A stretch of 64,000 nucleotides of DNA from an uncultured virus (IMG/VR IMGVR_UViG_3300033149_002227) (Duplodnaviria; Heunggongvirae; Uroviricota; Caudoviricetes), in IMG/VR virus record IMGVR_UViG_3300033149_002227, positions 1 to 64,000 of that record; one strand, written 5' to 3'. A program made the position numbers and the translations under genes. Positions 9,276 through 18,821 of the stretch are shown in pieces. The notes beneath the pieces are model-generated. The model was not told where the DNA came from, ran no database searches, and saw only the letters and a list, made by a program, of their open reading frames with translations. Within the stretch, counting starts at the first letter, position 1. Every line of letters begins with the position of its first letter.

Positions 9276-11816
9276 ATGTCAAGTTTTGAAAGCGGTATTA
9301 ATCGATCTGCGCGGGCCAGTTGGTCGGGCGGGCGTGATACTCCATCAGCCGAAGCTCCATTACCGGGATTTTATACCGGTATCGTTATGGATGATGCTGA
9401 TGATCAGCGCATGGGTCAGGTGTGGGTCTACCTCCCGGGCGTATCACAGCGCCGGTTGAGAAAAGAACAAGCCCTCCCGACATATGGCGGTACCGCTCCC
9501 GACCGTGATAATGCGGGTGGTAACATCAATTGGGATCAAGACCTTCGTATGGGGTGGATTCAGTGTGCCCCACTGTTGCCGTTCTTTGGTGGTGATGATT
9601 TCCGCGTATCGAAAAGTCCGGGTGGTGATTTCCGAAATGCAGGCAACGGCGATGTAAACTCTTACGGAATGTGGGCGCAGCCGAGAATCGGTGACGAAGT
9701 TGGTGTTCTGTTTGCCCACGGTGATTCAGCTAAAGGTTTTTGGATTGGTTGTATGCCGAAGTATGCCCGCAACTTCATGGTTCCCGGAAGTCCCGGACGA
9801 CCACCAGAAGACCTTGATGAGAAAGCTGACGCGGAGGACGAAAACAATCCTAACCCAGTGATCCATAAACTGACCAAACAACTAAAAGACGAGGCTTCAC
9901 AAACAGCTACTCCTGCACTGGTACCAGCACTGGATAAAGCCCGCCGTTTGAGTTCTAACAGTGCCATTCCGGTCGAACGAGAACTGATTGATGTCCTCGT
10001 TGCCCCTGAAGCCGCACAGAACGTCCAGAAAGCCGGTTTATTGACTGACCCCTTACGTGGTGCAGGCACATCGAGTTCGCGCCGAGAGAGCCCATCCTAC
10101 GTCACTGGATTCAAATCCGCAGGCTGGAACTTTGACAGTGAGAAGGGAAACCTGAATACTGCCAGTGGAAATCGTGTGCAGTTCAGTGCTGCCGATTCCG
10201 ATTACAAAGATATCAATACCACCGGTCACCAGTTAACATTTGACGATCACCCCGACCACCAAGGAGTTCGTCTTAGAACCTCGGCTGGTTCCCAGTTATA
10301 CTTCGCCGACCGGTGCAACGAACCATTCATTTACATTTCGACAGCACAGGGTAATGTGTGGTTGGAGTTCATCGACAACGGAAAGGTTAACATCTTCGCC
10401 GAAGATAGCGTATCCGTCCACGCACGCGGGGATATCAACATGACGGCTGACCGTGATATCAATATCGATGCGCAGCGTAATTTCAATCTTCAGGTTCGGG
10501 GCAATACCAATTTAACACTGAAGGGTCAGAACAACATTGAACTGGGTAAGAATGATTTACCCCCAGAGAATCTGAAATATAACACCAGTCCGAATTGGGG
10601 AGGTGGAACGCCACAGGGTACTTTTATCCATAATTACGGTAGTCTTAATTGGGATATCGATGCTGCGTTCACTATGGATATAGGGAGTGATCTCAATATT
10701 CATTCATCAGCGAATACAACACTCGAAGCTGACTCGAATATCAACATTAAGGGTGGTTCTAATGTTAACGTGCAAGCTGGTTCTAATGCGAACTTACTGG
10801 CTGGTTCAGAAGCCAACATCGAATCCGGTTCTGATTTGAATTTATTGGGTGGTGGTGATATTATTGGTACCGGTTCCGAGATTCATTTCAATGGACCACA
10901 AGCGGGTTCGGCAGGATCAGCAGCGAGTGCGGCACCCGTTGTGGCAGAGACTATTCCTACCACGGCACAGACATTCCGTGTGCCAACTGATTTGGAAGTG
11001 CGGAACTGTGAAGAACCTCCAGCAGAATTTAATACGCTGGATGAAATGTCAGTACCGCAGCACCAACCATGGCCGGAGCGTTGCAGATCGTCTGCGGGCA
11101 CCCGTGGTTTCGTAGATGAGGCTCCAGTTGAAGTTTCCCGTGCCGGATCAACCACAGAAATTTCTATTGCACCGTTGAACCTCCCTGAAGAAAGTAGATT
11201 CCGAGAAGGACAGCCGTTCTCCACCAGCAACCTAAATGAAGCACCGTCGTATGATGATGTGGCTCCACAGGGTGACTTCGCCGACTGTAGCACATACACT
11301 ACCTCCGAGAAGGGTATTGATTTCTTACATCGCCAAGAGGGATTCCGAACGAAAGCGTATCCCGACGCCGACGGTTACTCGATTGGTTACGGACACTTCA
11401 TTAAAATCGGTGATACCATTAATGGTGATACCATCAACGGACGGGTTACACAGGCTGACATCGATATGCTGCGCCGAACGAAGGGACAACTGAATGTTGC
11501 CCCCGAAGAAGCAGAACGGTTATTCCGTCTGGACTTGGTTAAGTTTGAAGCCGGTATTTGCCTCGAAGTTAGTACGAACATCACCCAAGGGCAATTCGAT
11601 GCCATGGTGAGCTTTTCATACAATGGCGGTCGTGGTGCATTGCGTCGAATGATTCAGCGTAGCAACCTAAACTCTGGTGATTTCTCTGGAGTGCCGCAGG
11701 AATGGATGAAGCTATCCACCTGTAGCCGGTGTTCCGCTGCCACACGCCCGCGCATAGAGGCGGCTCTATACAGCAGGCGTCGGCAGGAGTTGGAAACCCT
11801 ATTCGCTCAGGTTTAA
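9276..11816 (+). CDS. gp5: baseplate central spike with C-terminal GH24 lysozyme (T4 gp5-like)
   Basis: OB fold (GIVMDDADDQRMGQVWV...PRIGDEV...FWIG), beta-helix repeats, C-terminal QEGFRTKAYPDADGYSIGYGH...QGQFDAMVSFSYNGG...RRRQE. Confidence 0.9.
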   Translation: MSSFESGINRSARASWSGGRDTPSAEAPLPGFYTGIVMDDADDQRMGQVWVYLPGVSQRRLRKEQALPTYGGTAPDRDNAGGNINWDQDLRMGWIQCAPLLPFFGGDDFRVSKSPGGDFRNAGNGDVNSYGMWAQPRIGDEVGVLFAHGDSAKGFWIGCMPKYARNFMVPGSPGRPPEDLDEKADAEDENNPNPVIHKLTKQLKDEASQTATPALVPALDKARRLSSNSAIPVERELIDVLVAPEAAQNVQKAGLLTDPLRGAGTSSSRRESPSYVTGFKSAGWNFDSEKGNLNTASGNRVQFSAADSDYKDINTTGHQLTFDDHPDHQGVRLRTSAGSQLYFADRCNEPFIYISTAQGNVWLEFIDNGKVNIFAEDSVSVHARGDINMTADRDINIDAQRNFNLQVRGNTNLTLKGQNNIELGKNDLPPENLKYNTSPNWGGGTPQGTFIHNYGSLNWDIDAAFTMDIGSDLNIHSSANTTLEADSNINIKGGSNVNVQAGSNANLLAGSEANIESGSDLNLLGGGDIIGTGSEIHFNGPQAGSAGSAASAAPVVAETIPTTAQTFRVPTDLEVRNCEEPPAEFNTLDEMSVPQHQPWPERCRSSAGTRGFVDEAPVEVSRAGSTTEISIAPLNLPEESRFREGQPFSTSNLNEAPSYDDVAPQGDFADCSTYTTSEKGIDFLHRQEGFRTKAYPDADGYSIGYGHFIKIGDTINGDTINGRVTQADIDMLRRTKGQLNVAPEEAERLFRLDLVKFEAGICLEVSTNITQGQFDAMVSFSYNGGRGALRRMIQRSNLNSGDFSGVPQEWMKLSTCSRCSAATRPRIEAALYSRRRQELETLFAQV

Positions 11817-12034
11817 CGGACAGGCTTTCTAGTAAACTGACCAGTCCTAGTCCAGACGCCTATCAGAACATTATCGTCGTTGAAAAACTGATGCTGGAGT
11901 TTCTTGCCGACCCGAACAACTTCAACGCGGGCATCATTGAAATGTACGCCGACCGGATTCTCCGCACGCATCATTTGAGTGAATACACCCTTGGTAAAAA
12001 ATCGGACTACTGGTTCAAGTGTTGAATCAATCAT
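11813..12034 (-). CDS. hypothetical early protein
   Basis: 73 aa with AGGAG RBS and its own sigma70 promoter. Confidence 0.75.
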   Translation of the reverse strand: MIDSTLEPVVRFFTKGVFTQMMRAENPVGVHFNDARVEVVRVGKKLQHQFFNDDNVLIGVWTRTGQFTRKPVR

Positions 12035-12065
12035 TGGCTCTCTCCTGCCTAATTGCTATAGTGTG

Positions 12066-12094
12066 ATTATAGCAGTCCAGAGCCATTTGGTCAA
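12066..12094 (-). promoter_or_regulatory. sigma70-type promoter TTGACC-N17-TATAAT
   Basis: Near-perfect consensus in an intergenic gap. Confidence 0.8.
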
Positions 12095-12097
12095 GTA

Positions 12098-13078
12098 TTA
12101 ATCGTGGAACAGGTCGGATACTGCTATTCCTTTTTCTGATGCCAACCGGTGAAGCTCGTGATCCATCTTACTCATGGCCTCGATTCGTACTTGCCGAATT
12201 CGTTCCTTAGAAACACTGAACTCCACACCGAGATTATCAAGCGTTCGCTGATTGTCCTTATCCATTAGGATTTGGGCAACGAATACTGTCTTCTCTCGAT
12301 GTGTGAGAACTCGCATGGCTTCACTCACAAGGCTTTTATGGAAGTCAACTTCACTATCAGCTATTATGGTCTCTTCAACACCCACACCAGCATCCTCAAG
12401 GGTATCACCGAGCGTGGGACGCCCACCATGCTGAAAATCGGATTCACCCGTGGTAACAGGGTCATCCATTGATTCGTAAGGCTTTTGGAACATCTGAAAC
12501 ATCATCGTCACATCGGTTTCGTCCAGACAATGGCCTTCAGCTAATTCTTCGATAATTTTGGGGGTCATCAGGAAAGAGCCTTTACTCTGAAGCTCGATAG
12601 CAATGAGTTTTCTTATGGAATAGAACAGACGCTTCTTGTTGTGGTTCGTGCAAAACTGAACCACGAAGTAGTTTCTCATAATATAACCTTGCATCATTCC
12701 CTTCACGCACACCTTAGCGTATGCGGCAAAGCGCACATCACCGTGTTCTGACGGGGCAAACCTACGAGCGGCTTCCGCGAGGGCAATCAACCCTTCCGAT
12801 AAAAGTTCCTCATCTTCGATTCTATGATTAGACACTTCTTTTATAGAACGACGAATCGCAGGGCTGTATGCCATGAGAATCCGCGTCAAATATAGGTTAT
12901 CATCCCCTCCACTGAACTTCCTGACCTCCGGCTTCAGCGGGTCCATGAAGTCCGAAAACCCCTTGCGATTTGTTGCCCACCATGATTCAAAGAGGTTTCT
13001 CTCCTCTTCGGCAGTCAATAATGGTAGATAACCTTTGACAAATGTTTTTGCGTCGCTGGTCTTGATTGGATCACGCAT
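12098..13078 (-). CDS. rpoH: RpoH (sigma32)-like RNA polymerase sigma factor
   Basis: Region 1.2 LLTAEEE, region 2 EELLSEGLIAL..AARRF...RFAAYA, degenerate RpoH box NKKRLFYSIRK, region 4 TLDNLGVEFSVSKERIRQV. Start MRDP at 13078 has a GGAG RBS. Confidence 0.88.
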   Translation of the reverse strand: MRDPIKTSDAKTFVKGYLPLLTAEEERNLFESWWATNRKGFSDFMDPLKPEVRKFSGGDDNLYLTRILMAYSPAIRRSIKEVSNHRIEDEELLSEGLIALAEAARRFAPSEHGDVRFAAYAKVCVKGMMQGYIMRNYFVVQFCTNHNKKRLFYSIRKLIAIELQSKGSFLMTPKIIEELAEGHCLDETDVTMMFQMFQKPYESMDDPVTTGESDFQHGGRPTLGDTLEDAGVGVEETIIADSEVDFHKSLVSEAMRVLTHREKTVFVAQILMDKDNQRTLDNLGVEFSVSKERIRQVRIEAMSKMDHELHRLASEKGIAVSDLFHD

Positions 13079-13127
13079 TTTTCTTCTCCAGTTCTTAATG
13101 TTTGTTTTTCCATGACGGATTGGATGG

Positions 13128-13133
13128 TAAATA
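13128..13133 (+). promoter_or_regulatory. late promoter TAAATA for gp25/gp6
   Basis: GTAAATA about 70 bp upstream of the gp25 start. Confidence 0.5.
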
Positions 13134-13171
13134 GTCTTCATGCAAGATTAAAAGCATCGAACGACTAAACA

Positions 13172-13200
13172 ATATGGTTATAACATAACGGGTTTTCAAG
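13172..13200 (-). promoter_or_regulatory. RpoH-like promoter CTTGAA-N17-CCATAT upstream of the rpoH-like gene
   Basis: Exact sigma32 -35 (CTTGAAA) and a CCATAT -10. Confidence 0.6.
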
Positions 13201-13201
13201 T

Positions 13202-13573
13202 ATGGCTGCACCTCTATATCGCGGTTTTTCAACGGTTGCAAACGACGGCATCGATACACGCCTGTTTGACGTGAACCTTGTTACGCAAGATTTGCTTAAT
13301 CATTTCGGCACCCGCGTAGGCGAGCGTGTCGGACGACCCTCGTTTGGTTCTATTATACATGACTTGCTATTCGACCTCTTTGATACTAGGACTGAGGGTC
13401 TGGTTATTGCAGACGCTCAACGCATTTTCAGTGAAGACCCCCGGGTTGTATCACAGGAAGTCCACGTTGAAATTGACCCCGAAGAGCATCAGATTAGGTT
13501 AGTGGCGACTCTACAAATGGTAGAGTTCGACATGAACATAAATTTCCACGCTATATTCGAGGCTAGAGGCTAA
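13202..13573 (+). CDS. gp25: baseplate wedge subunit / sheath initiator (T4 gp25-like)
   Basis: T.GERVGRPSFGSIIHDLLFD...DPRV motif. Confidence 0.92.
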   Translation: MAAPLYRGFSTVANDGIDTRLFDVNLVTQDLLNHFGTRVGERVGRPSFGSIIHDLLFDLFDTRTEGLVIADAQRIFSEDPRVVSQEVHVEIDPEEHQIRLVATLQMVEFDMNINFHAIFEARG

Positions 13574-16500
13574 TGGGCGTACTACAACGACAGAATACCC
13601 TGTTCGTATCTGAAGACTGGGTTCGCATTTACGAAGCCATACAGAATGTCGATTTTCGTGCTTACGATTTCGACAACTATGTTGCGGCTTTGCTCGACCA
13701 TCTTCGCGATGTATTCCCCGAGGAATTCAACGACTGGATTGCCTCTTCCGAATTTATTATGAAAGTAGAAGTTCTGGCTTGGTTGAGCCAAAACATCTCA
13801 TTCAGAATAGACCTTAACACAAGAGAGAACTTCCTTGCAACTGCTGAACGAAGAGATTCGTTAATTCGTTTAGCTCAAAACGTTTCATATAAGATTTCCC
13901 GTGTTCGTGGTGCGTCTGGACGCGTCCGTATTGAATCTATTAGGACAACCGAATCCCTATTTGATTCCAATAACATCGATCTCCAAGATCGCGAGATTCG
14001 TTGGAACGACCCACGGAACGAAGATTACTTCGAGCAATTCATTATCGTAATGAATGCCGCCTTCACTAACCGGACTCAGTTCGGTCGCCCTTTGACTAGA
14101 GTAACCAGCGGAAATTCCCGAATTGAACAATATGTATTCAATGGACGTGCGCCGTCAAACGGTTCTTACCCATTCACTACATCGATTAACGGTGTTTCTC
14201 TACCGTTTGACATAATCAATGCCATGGTGGATAAGGACACTGGTCGTACTGAAGAACTAGCACCCAATCCTGATAATGCCTACAATACTCTCTACATAGC
14301 AGATGGTAAAGGTCTTTCTTCTAACGGCACCGGATTCTTCCTAGAATTACGCCAAGGAACCATGCAGTTCCAAGAAGAAGAATTTGTACAACCCGAAGTT
14401 GTCCGTATTGTCAACGTCGATACACAGTCCATAAACAATGACGATTTCTTTGTTGAACAATTGGACGCACAGGGTAGTGTTGAAGTAATATGGGACCAAG
14501 TCGATACTATCTTTGGCGAAAGTGTATCATTCCTACCGACAGACCGTTCTGATTTTATTGATGAAGGGGAAGACACAACAGGTAATCAAGCTACAGGTAA
14601 TGCACGCACCGTTTACGAACTAGACACACTAGAAAACGACCGAGTCCGCGTCCGCTTCGGTGATGGTTCTTACGGTGAAATTCCACTGGGTCGATTCCGC
14701 TTTTGGTATCGTACCAGTAACCCACAGCCTCAGTTGGTAACACCATCAGACATCGGCGAGCAAACCTTCACGCTTCCGTATGAATCCGGTGGTACCATTT
14801 ACTTCCTGACTATTACGATATCACTGAAAGAAGATATCGGAAATGCTGCGGGGTCAGAGACAAACTTTTCTATCAGAACGCGAGCCAATCAGGTTTACTA
14901 CGCACAGAATCGAATGATTACTGGTCGTGACTACAACGCGTTCTTCCTTCGTGATACTGCTATCCGAAAGGTTAAGTCAGTCAACCGTACCTTCTCTGGT
15001 CAGTCAAGATTCGCGAAGCTACATGACCCGACAGGACTTTATGAGAATTTGAAAATCGTTGCCGAAGATGGACGCTTCTATCAGGAGCGCGTCACGGGCG
15101 TGAACTTTGCATCTGCGGATACCACAATCTTATCGAATCCATTATTGATTCAGAATGTGATTGAGCCCCAAATCGAAGAAGCCAACAAAGAACAATTGTA
15201 TTTCAATGATTATCCAGAACAATTCTTCCCGACTTCCCATTTCTGGTACGAAGACTCTGTGGTAAATCAGCAATCTCGCGGACGAATCGTCGAGACTCAG
15301 GGTGATACCAATACATCCATCGCCGTTGGTGATGCTACAGTTGCAATACCAGCGAAATATGTGCTGGTGGACTCTGTTTTGCGTTTGGATAATCCTCGTG
15401 GTGTCACGGTACAAGTGGACCGCGTTCCAGACGACACCGGAGCATCTGCTGATAGTATTATTCTAGAAAGAGATACCGTTGATGGTATCCGTATAGTTTC
15501 TGTTTTCCCACCGTTCCGTACCAAATTTACGGAACCTGAGAAGGTATTGATTGAGCAACAGTTGGAACTGAAACTGGATTTTGGTCTTTCATGGGTTCAA
15601 GATACCCAAACATGGATTATTATTCTTTCAGACAATCTAGACAAACAAGAAAGTGGCGGTATGTTCTGCTTGGATGACCAAGGAGATACCAGTGGTTTGA
15701 ACTTAGACCAATCTTGGATGGTGTATCTTGAATTTGTTCCGGGTGGTGACGCCGACGATCAATGGAAAGTTGTTGATCGTGGCATCAGCGAGTTCTTCGA
15801 ATCTGATAGAGAAAATGATTTCTTCTTTGCAGGAAACGAACCCGTAATTGATCCCGAAACCGGTGCAGTGAAAACTGATACCATTCTAATTCTAGAGTCC
15901 AACGAATCTAGGGATAGTCTCCGTCGGCGAAACATTATAAACCTGAGCATTTCTGCTATATTGGAATGTGACGTATATTGTTATAAATTTACTGGAGATG
16001 GTGTAACCACAGGGTTCACCACTTCCGAAAACCCGCTGAGCCCGAACGTCGCGGTAACAGTCGATGAAGTGTTACAGATTAACACCATTGATTTCAATAT
16101 CATTTCTAAGGTATCTGGCGACACCATCGAATTTGTTGTTGCACCGGCAGATGGTGCTGAGATTTTGGTTTGTATTTCCATAAGCAACTCTTTGAAATCC
16201 GTGAAAACTGATGTGTTCATCGACGTGCAGGGTAATGGTCTTCTAGATACATATGATTTGGGAACCGAACCCCCAATGCAATCTGAAAACTTATTCGTAT
16301 TCTTAGACGGTGTATATCAACGACCGTTTGTGGATTTTTCTACTGCAACACTAATCAACGGAAATGCTGCTATTGTATTAGCGTCGCCATTGCCGTCTGG
16401 TGTGAATATGTTTGTATATGGTGTTGGTGGTATTGCTGATGTGCTGTTTGGAAGATTTGATTTCGTTGCTGACGGTGTCCTAACCGATTTCACAGTAGCG

Positions 16501-18153
16501 ATTGGTGAAAATACTGCTGATAGTACATGGGTATGGAATGATGGTATCTATCAAGGGAAGGATGAATACTCAATCGTTACCGCACCAAATGAGACCACCG
16601 TTTCTTTCCCAGTCGCCCCCGGGGCAGGAACAGTCGTCTCCATTTCGGTACAACTAAATCCAGTGTTTGTCAGTAGCGATACCTATGATTTTGGAGCTTC
16701 TGACGGTATACAAACAAATTATGTGTTGACGGACTCAACCAATGTTGTCGCTGATACCACGATGGTATTTCAAGACGGTATTGCTCAGGCCGGTGCGCCA
16801 TGGGCGGTCGTGTCTCCATCATCATGGTCGGCTCCCGGATCAAACAATGTAACGTTTACGGCACCACCCGCACTCGGTGTTAATATAGCCATGATTAATT
16901 GGCCCGGTGGTGTGGGTACAGACCCAACTTCCACACAAGGTCAAACCGGTCTTGGTTTTGGTGGTGGTGATATCACCGACCTTCCAACAGGAACGAATAA
17001 CCTCGGTAACATCTCCGTTCAATCGTTGCTGGTATCATATCTTGGTCAGAATGTACCGCTATACATCGAAGACACACTCAAATCCCCAGACGGATACGTC
17101 AACGCAAATGGCGTTGAAGTCCGTCCGGCTGATGAAGATAATAGTGGTTTCGCAGACAGCCCATTCATATTCAAGGATATTGTTTTGCAGGATGGTTTTA
17201 CCGATCTTGTATTATGGAGAAAGATTGAGGAATTTGGATTCACCGTACTTGATCCAATCAGCCTGACAACCGGTCCGCGAGGAACATACGGTTTGTCTAC
17301 TGGTGGAGATGTTGGGGACGGCACAGCAATCGATAATAGCGGATATACTTCAGGTATTCCAGAACAGGTTGAAACCTCATTACCGGAATCTCAGTTTACC
17401 GTGCAAGAAGGTGACGTTCACTACGACATTGCAACCGAAACATGGTTGGTAGCTGACATCGCTACAACGATTACGTGGGTAGCCGCAGCCGACCAAACCG
17501 CATTCAAGGTTTTGATTGGTCGTAGTAATTTGAAATTCATGTGGTTGCATTATGCACCCGATGCTTACCGTATTGACCCATCAGTATCGAATGTCATGGA
17601 TATCTATATCCTAACAGCGACATACGATGACGCGTTCAGAACAGCACTGGATAATAATACCCCAACAGAAGATTTGCCGGATGCACCAACATCAGAGTCA
17701 CTGCGAATCGACTTCGCCGACTTCGATGACTTTAAGGCGATGAGTGATGCGATGATTTATCATTCTGCGCGTTACAAGATTTTGTTTGGTGAACAGGCAA
17801 TAACCGAACTGCAAGCTACGTTCAAGGTTGTTCAATCTGAAGGCTCGTTGCTCAGTGAGAATGATTTGAAACTGCGAATTCTTGACGCGATTGATACCTA
17901 TTTTGGTGTTGATAACTGGGATTTCGGCGAAGTGTTCTACATGACGGAATTGTTGGCGTTTATCCATCAGGAATTGGCACCAAATATCCAGACCGTAGTA
18001 GCAGTACCGAATTCAGACACAGAATCGTTTGGGCGGTTGTTCCAGATTCGTTCTGAACCGGATGAGCTTTTCATCTCTGCTACCAGCGCCGATGACATTG
18101 AAGTTGTTAACTCGTTCACTGACGAAGAACTCCGAATCGGTATCCTCTCTTAA
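13573..18153 (+). CDS. gp6: baseplate wedge subunit (T4 gp6-like), extended with repeated beta modules
   Basis: DFDNY...ENFLATAERRDSLIRLA, VRFGDGSYGEIP, AQNRMITGRDY motifs. Confidence 0.9.
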   Translation: MGVLQRQNTLFVSEDWVRIYEAIQNVDFRAYDFDNYVAALLDHLRDVFPEEFNDWIASSEFIMKVEVLAWLSQNISFRIDLNTRENFLATAERRDSLIRLAQNVSYKISRVRGASGRVRIESIRTTESLFDSNNIDLQDREIRWNDPRNEDYFEQFIIVMNAAFTNRTQFGRPLTRVTSGNSRIEQYVFNGRAPSNGSYPFTTSINGVSLPFDIINAMVDKDTGRTEELAPNPDNAYNTLYIADGKGLSSNGTGFFLELRQGTMQFQEEEFVQPEVVRIVNVDTQSINNDDFFVEQLDAQGSVEVIWDQVDTIFGESVSFLPTDRSDFIDEGEDTTGNQATGNARTVYELDTLENDRVRVRFGDGSYGEIPLGRFRFWYRTSNPQPQLVTPSDIGEQTFTLPYESGGTIYFLTITISLKEDIGNAAGSETNFSIRTRANQVYYAQNRMITGRDYNAFFLRDTAIRKVKSVNRTFSGQSRFAKLHDPTGLYENLKIVAEDGRFYQERVTGVNFASADTTILSNPLLIQNVIEPQIEEANKEQLYFNDYPEQFFPTSHFWYEDSVVNQQSRGRIVETQGDTNTSIAVGDATVAIPAKYVLVDSVLRLDNPRGVTVQVDRVPDDTGASADSIILERDTVDGIRIVSVFPPFRTKFTEPEKVLIEQQLELKLDFGLSWVQDTQTWIIILSDNLDKQESGGMFCLDDQGDTSGLNLDQSWMVYLEFVPGGDADDQWKVVDRGISEFFESDRENDFFFAGNEPVIDPETGAVKTDTILILESNESRDSLRRRNIINLSISAILECDVYCYKFTGDGVTTGFTTSENPLSPNVAVTVDEVLQINTIDFNIISKVSGDTIEFVVAPADGAEILVCISISNSLKSVKTDVFIDVQGNGLLDTYDLGTEPPMQSENLFVFLDGVYQRPFVDFSTATLINGNAAIVLASPLPSGVNMFVYGVGGIADVLFGRFDFVADGVLTDFTVAIGENTADSTWVWNDGIYQGKDEYSIVTAPNETTVSFPVAPGAGTVVSISVQLNPVFVSSDTYDFGASDGIQTNYVLTDSTNVVADTTMVFQDGIAQAGAPWAVVSPSSWSAPGSNNVTFTAPPALGVNIAMINWPGGVGTDPTSTQGQTGLGFGGGDITDLPTGTNNLGNISVQSLLVSYLGQNVPLYIEDTLKSPDGYVNANGVEVRPADEDNSGFADSPFIFKDIVLQDGFTDLVLWRKIEEFGFTVLDPISLTTGPRGTYGLSTGGDVGDGTAIDNSGYTSGIPEQVETSLPESQFTVQEGDVHYDIATETWLVADIATTITWVAAADQTAFKVLIGRSNLKFMWLHYAPDAYRIDPSVSNVMDIYILTATYDDAFRTALDNNTPTEDLPDAPTSESLRIDFADFDDFKAMSDAMIYHSARYKILFGEQAITELQATFKVVQSEGSLLSENDLKLRILDAIDTYFGVDNWDFGEVFYMTELLAFIHQELAPNIQTVVAVPNSDTESFGRLFQIRSEPDELFISATSADDIEVVNSFTDEELRIGILS

Positions 18154-18572
18154 CGTTCAAATGTACGCTTACGTTTACCACCCTTTTCACAAGGGTGGTG
18201 TCCGTATTTGTAAAAGTATTTCTTTGCATGGACGAACTTACCGTTTACCCAGAATCCGAACTTGCGTTTCTCTGGTCCACACAAACAGATTGTCCAGCAT
18301 GGTTCGTCTACAACGACGGTGTGGCGATGAAGTGCGGGCCAGTATGCGAGAGACCACCGAGAGCGAATTTTGGAACCTTTGGGACTAACGTCAGTATAGC
18401 TACCAGAAATTACCCAAGTGTAGAACCACCAAGCGTGGTCGTGCATGTAGAGGTCATCATCAGACTTAAACCAATGATGTAGGCGGATGGAGAAGTAGTG
18501 AAAATCAAGAACCCAACGCTCCATGTAGGGGCATTCGGTCAAACCAAGTTGTTCTTTCTAAGTAAATTTCAT
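18150..18572 (-). CDS. cupin-like His-rich protein; in-frame TAG at codon 5 if the ATG at 18572 is used
   Basis: RLHHWFKSDDDLYMHDHAWWF...ISGSY...HRHTV cupin-type motifs. GGAG RBS, then ATG AAA TTT ACT TAG AAA GAA..., in frame with the track ORF (TTG 18542). Confidence 0.7.
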
Positions 18573-18589
18573 CTCTGTTCTCCAGAAAG

Positions 18590-18801
18590 TGGGTACCCGG
18601 GGATGGATTCAAACCACCGACACACGCCATGTACTCCAGACTTTTAACTCAGTTCATTCCGATATCCGCTTGGCTGTTCCCCCCGTCCGCGTGACGGGTT
18701 CCATTCCCCTTGCTTCAATCGACTTCATTTAGTATAGACAGGTTTCGTGATCCTTCCGCCTGTCATCTGGGGCGCTGCTCTGTCAACTGAGCTACCCGGG
18801 T
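18590..18801 (-). tRNA. tRNA-like gene (Val-like body, TAC in register) with a 135-nt insertion in the anticodon loop
   Basis: Acceptor ACCCGGG/CCCGGGT-A(CCCA), D arm GCTC-AGTTGACA-GAGC, anticodon stem GCGCC/GGCGT, variable GTGTC, T arm GGTGG-TTTGAAT-CCATC. The loop is 142 nt rather than 7. Confidence 0.85.
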
Positions 18802-18821
18802 ATAAAATCGAATATGGATTA

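Noticed and set aside
18651..18766. Tiny ATGA-chained ORFs in the tRNA insert (MTGGRITKPVYTK*, MKSIEARG...SE*)
   Set aside because: Only 13-24 codons with no convincing RBS, so consistent with chance.
18590..18801. tmRNA, group I/II intron, SRP or T-box interpretation of the inserted tRNA
   Set aside because: It has a true D stem, C3-G70 rather than G3-U70, and no tag ending in Ala-Ala. There is no P7 core, U33 splice site or GUGYG start. The CAGG/GGAA and TGGAACC similarities are too short to count.
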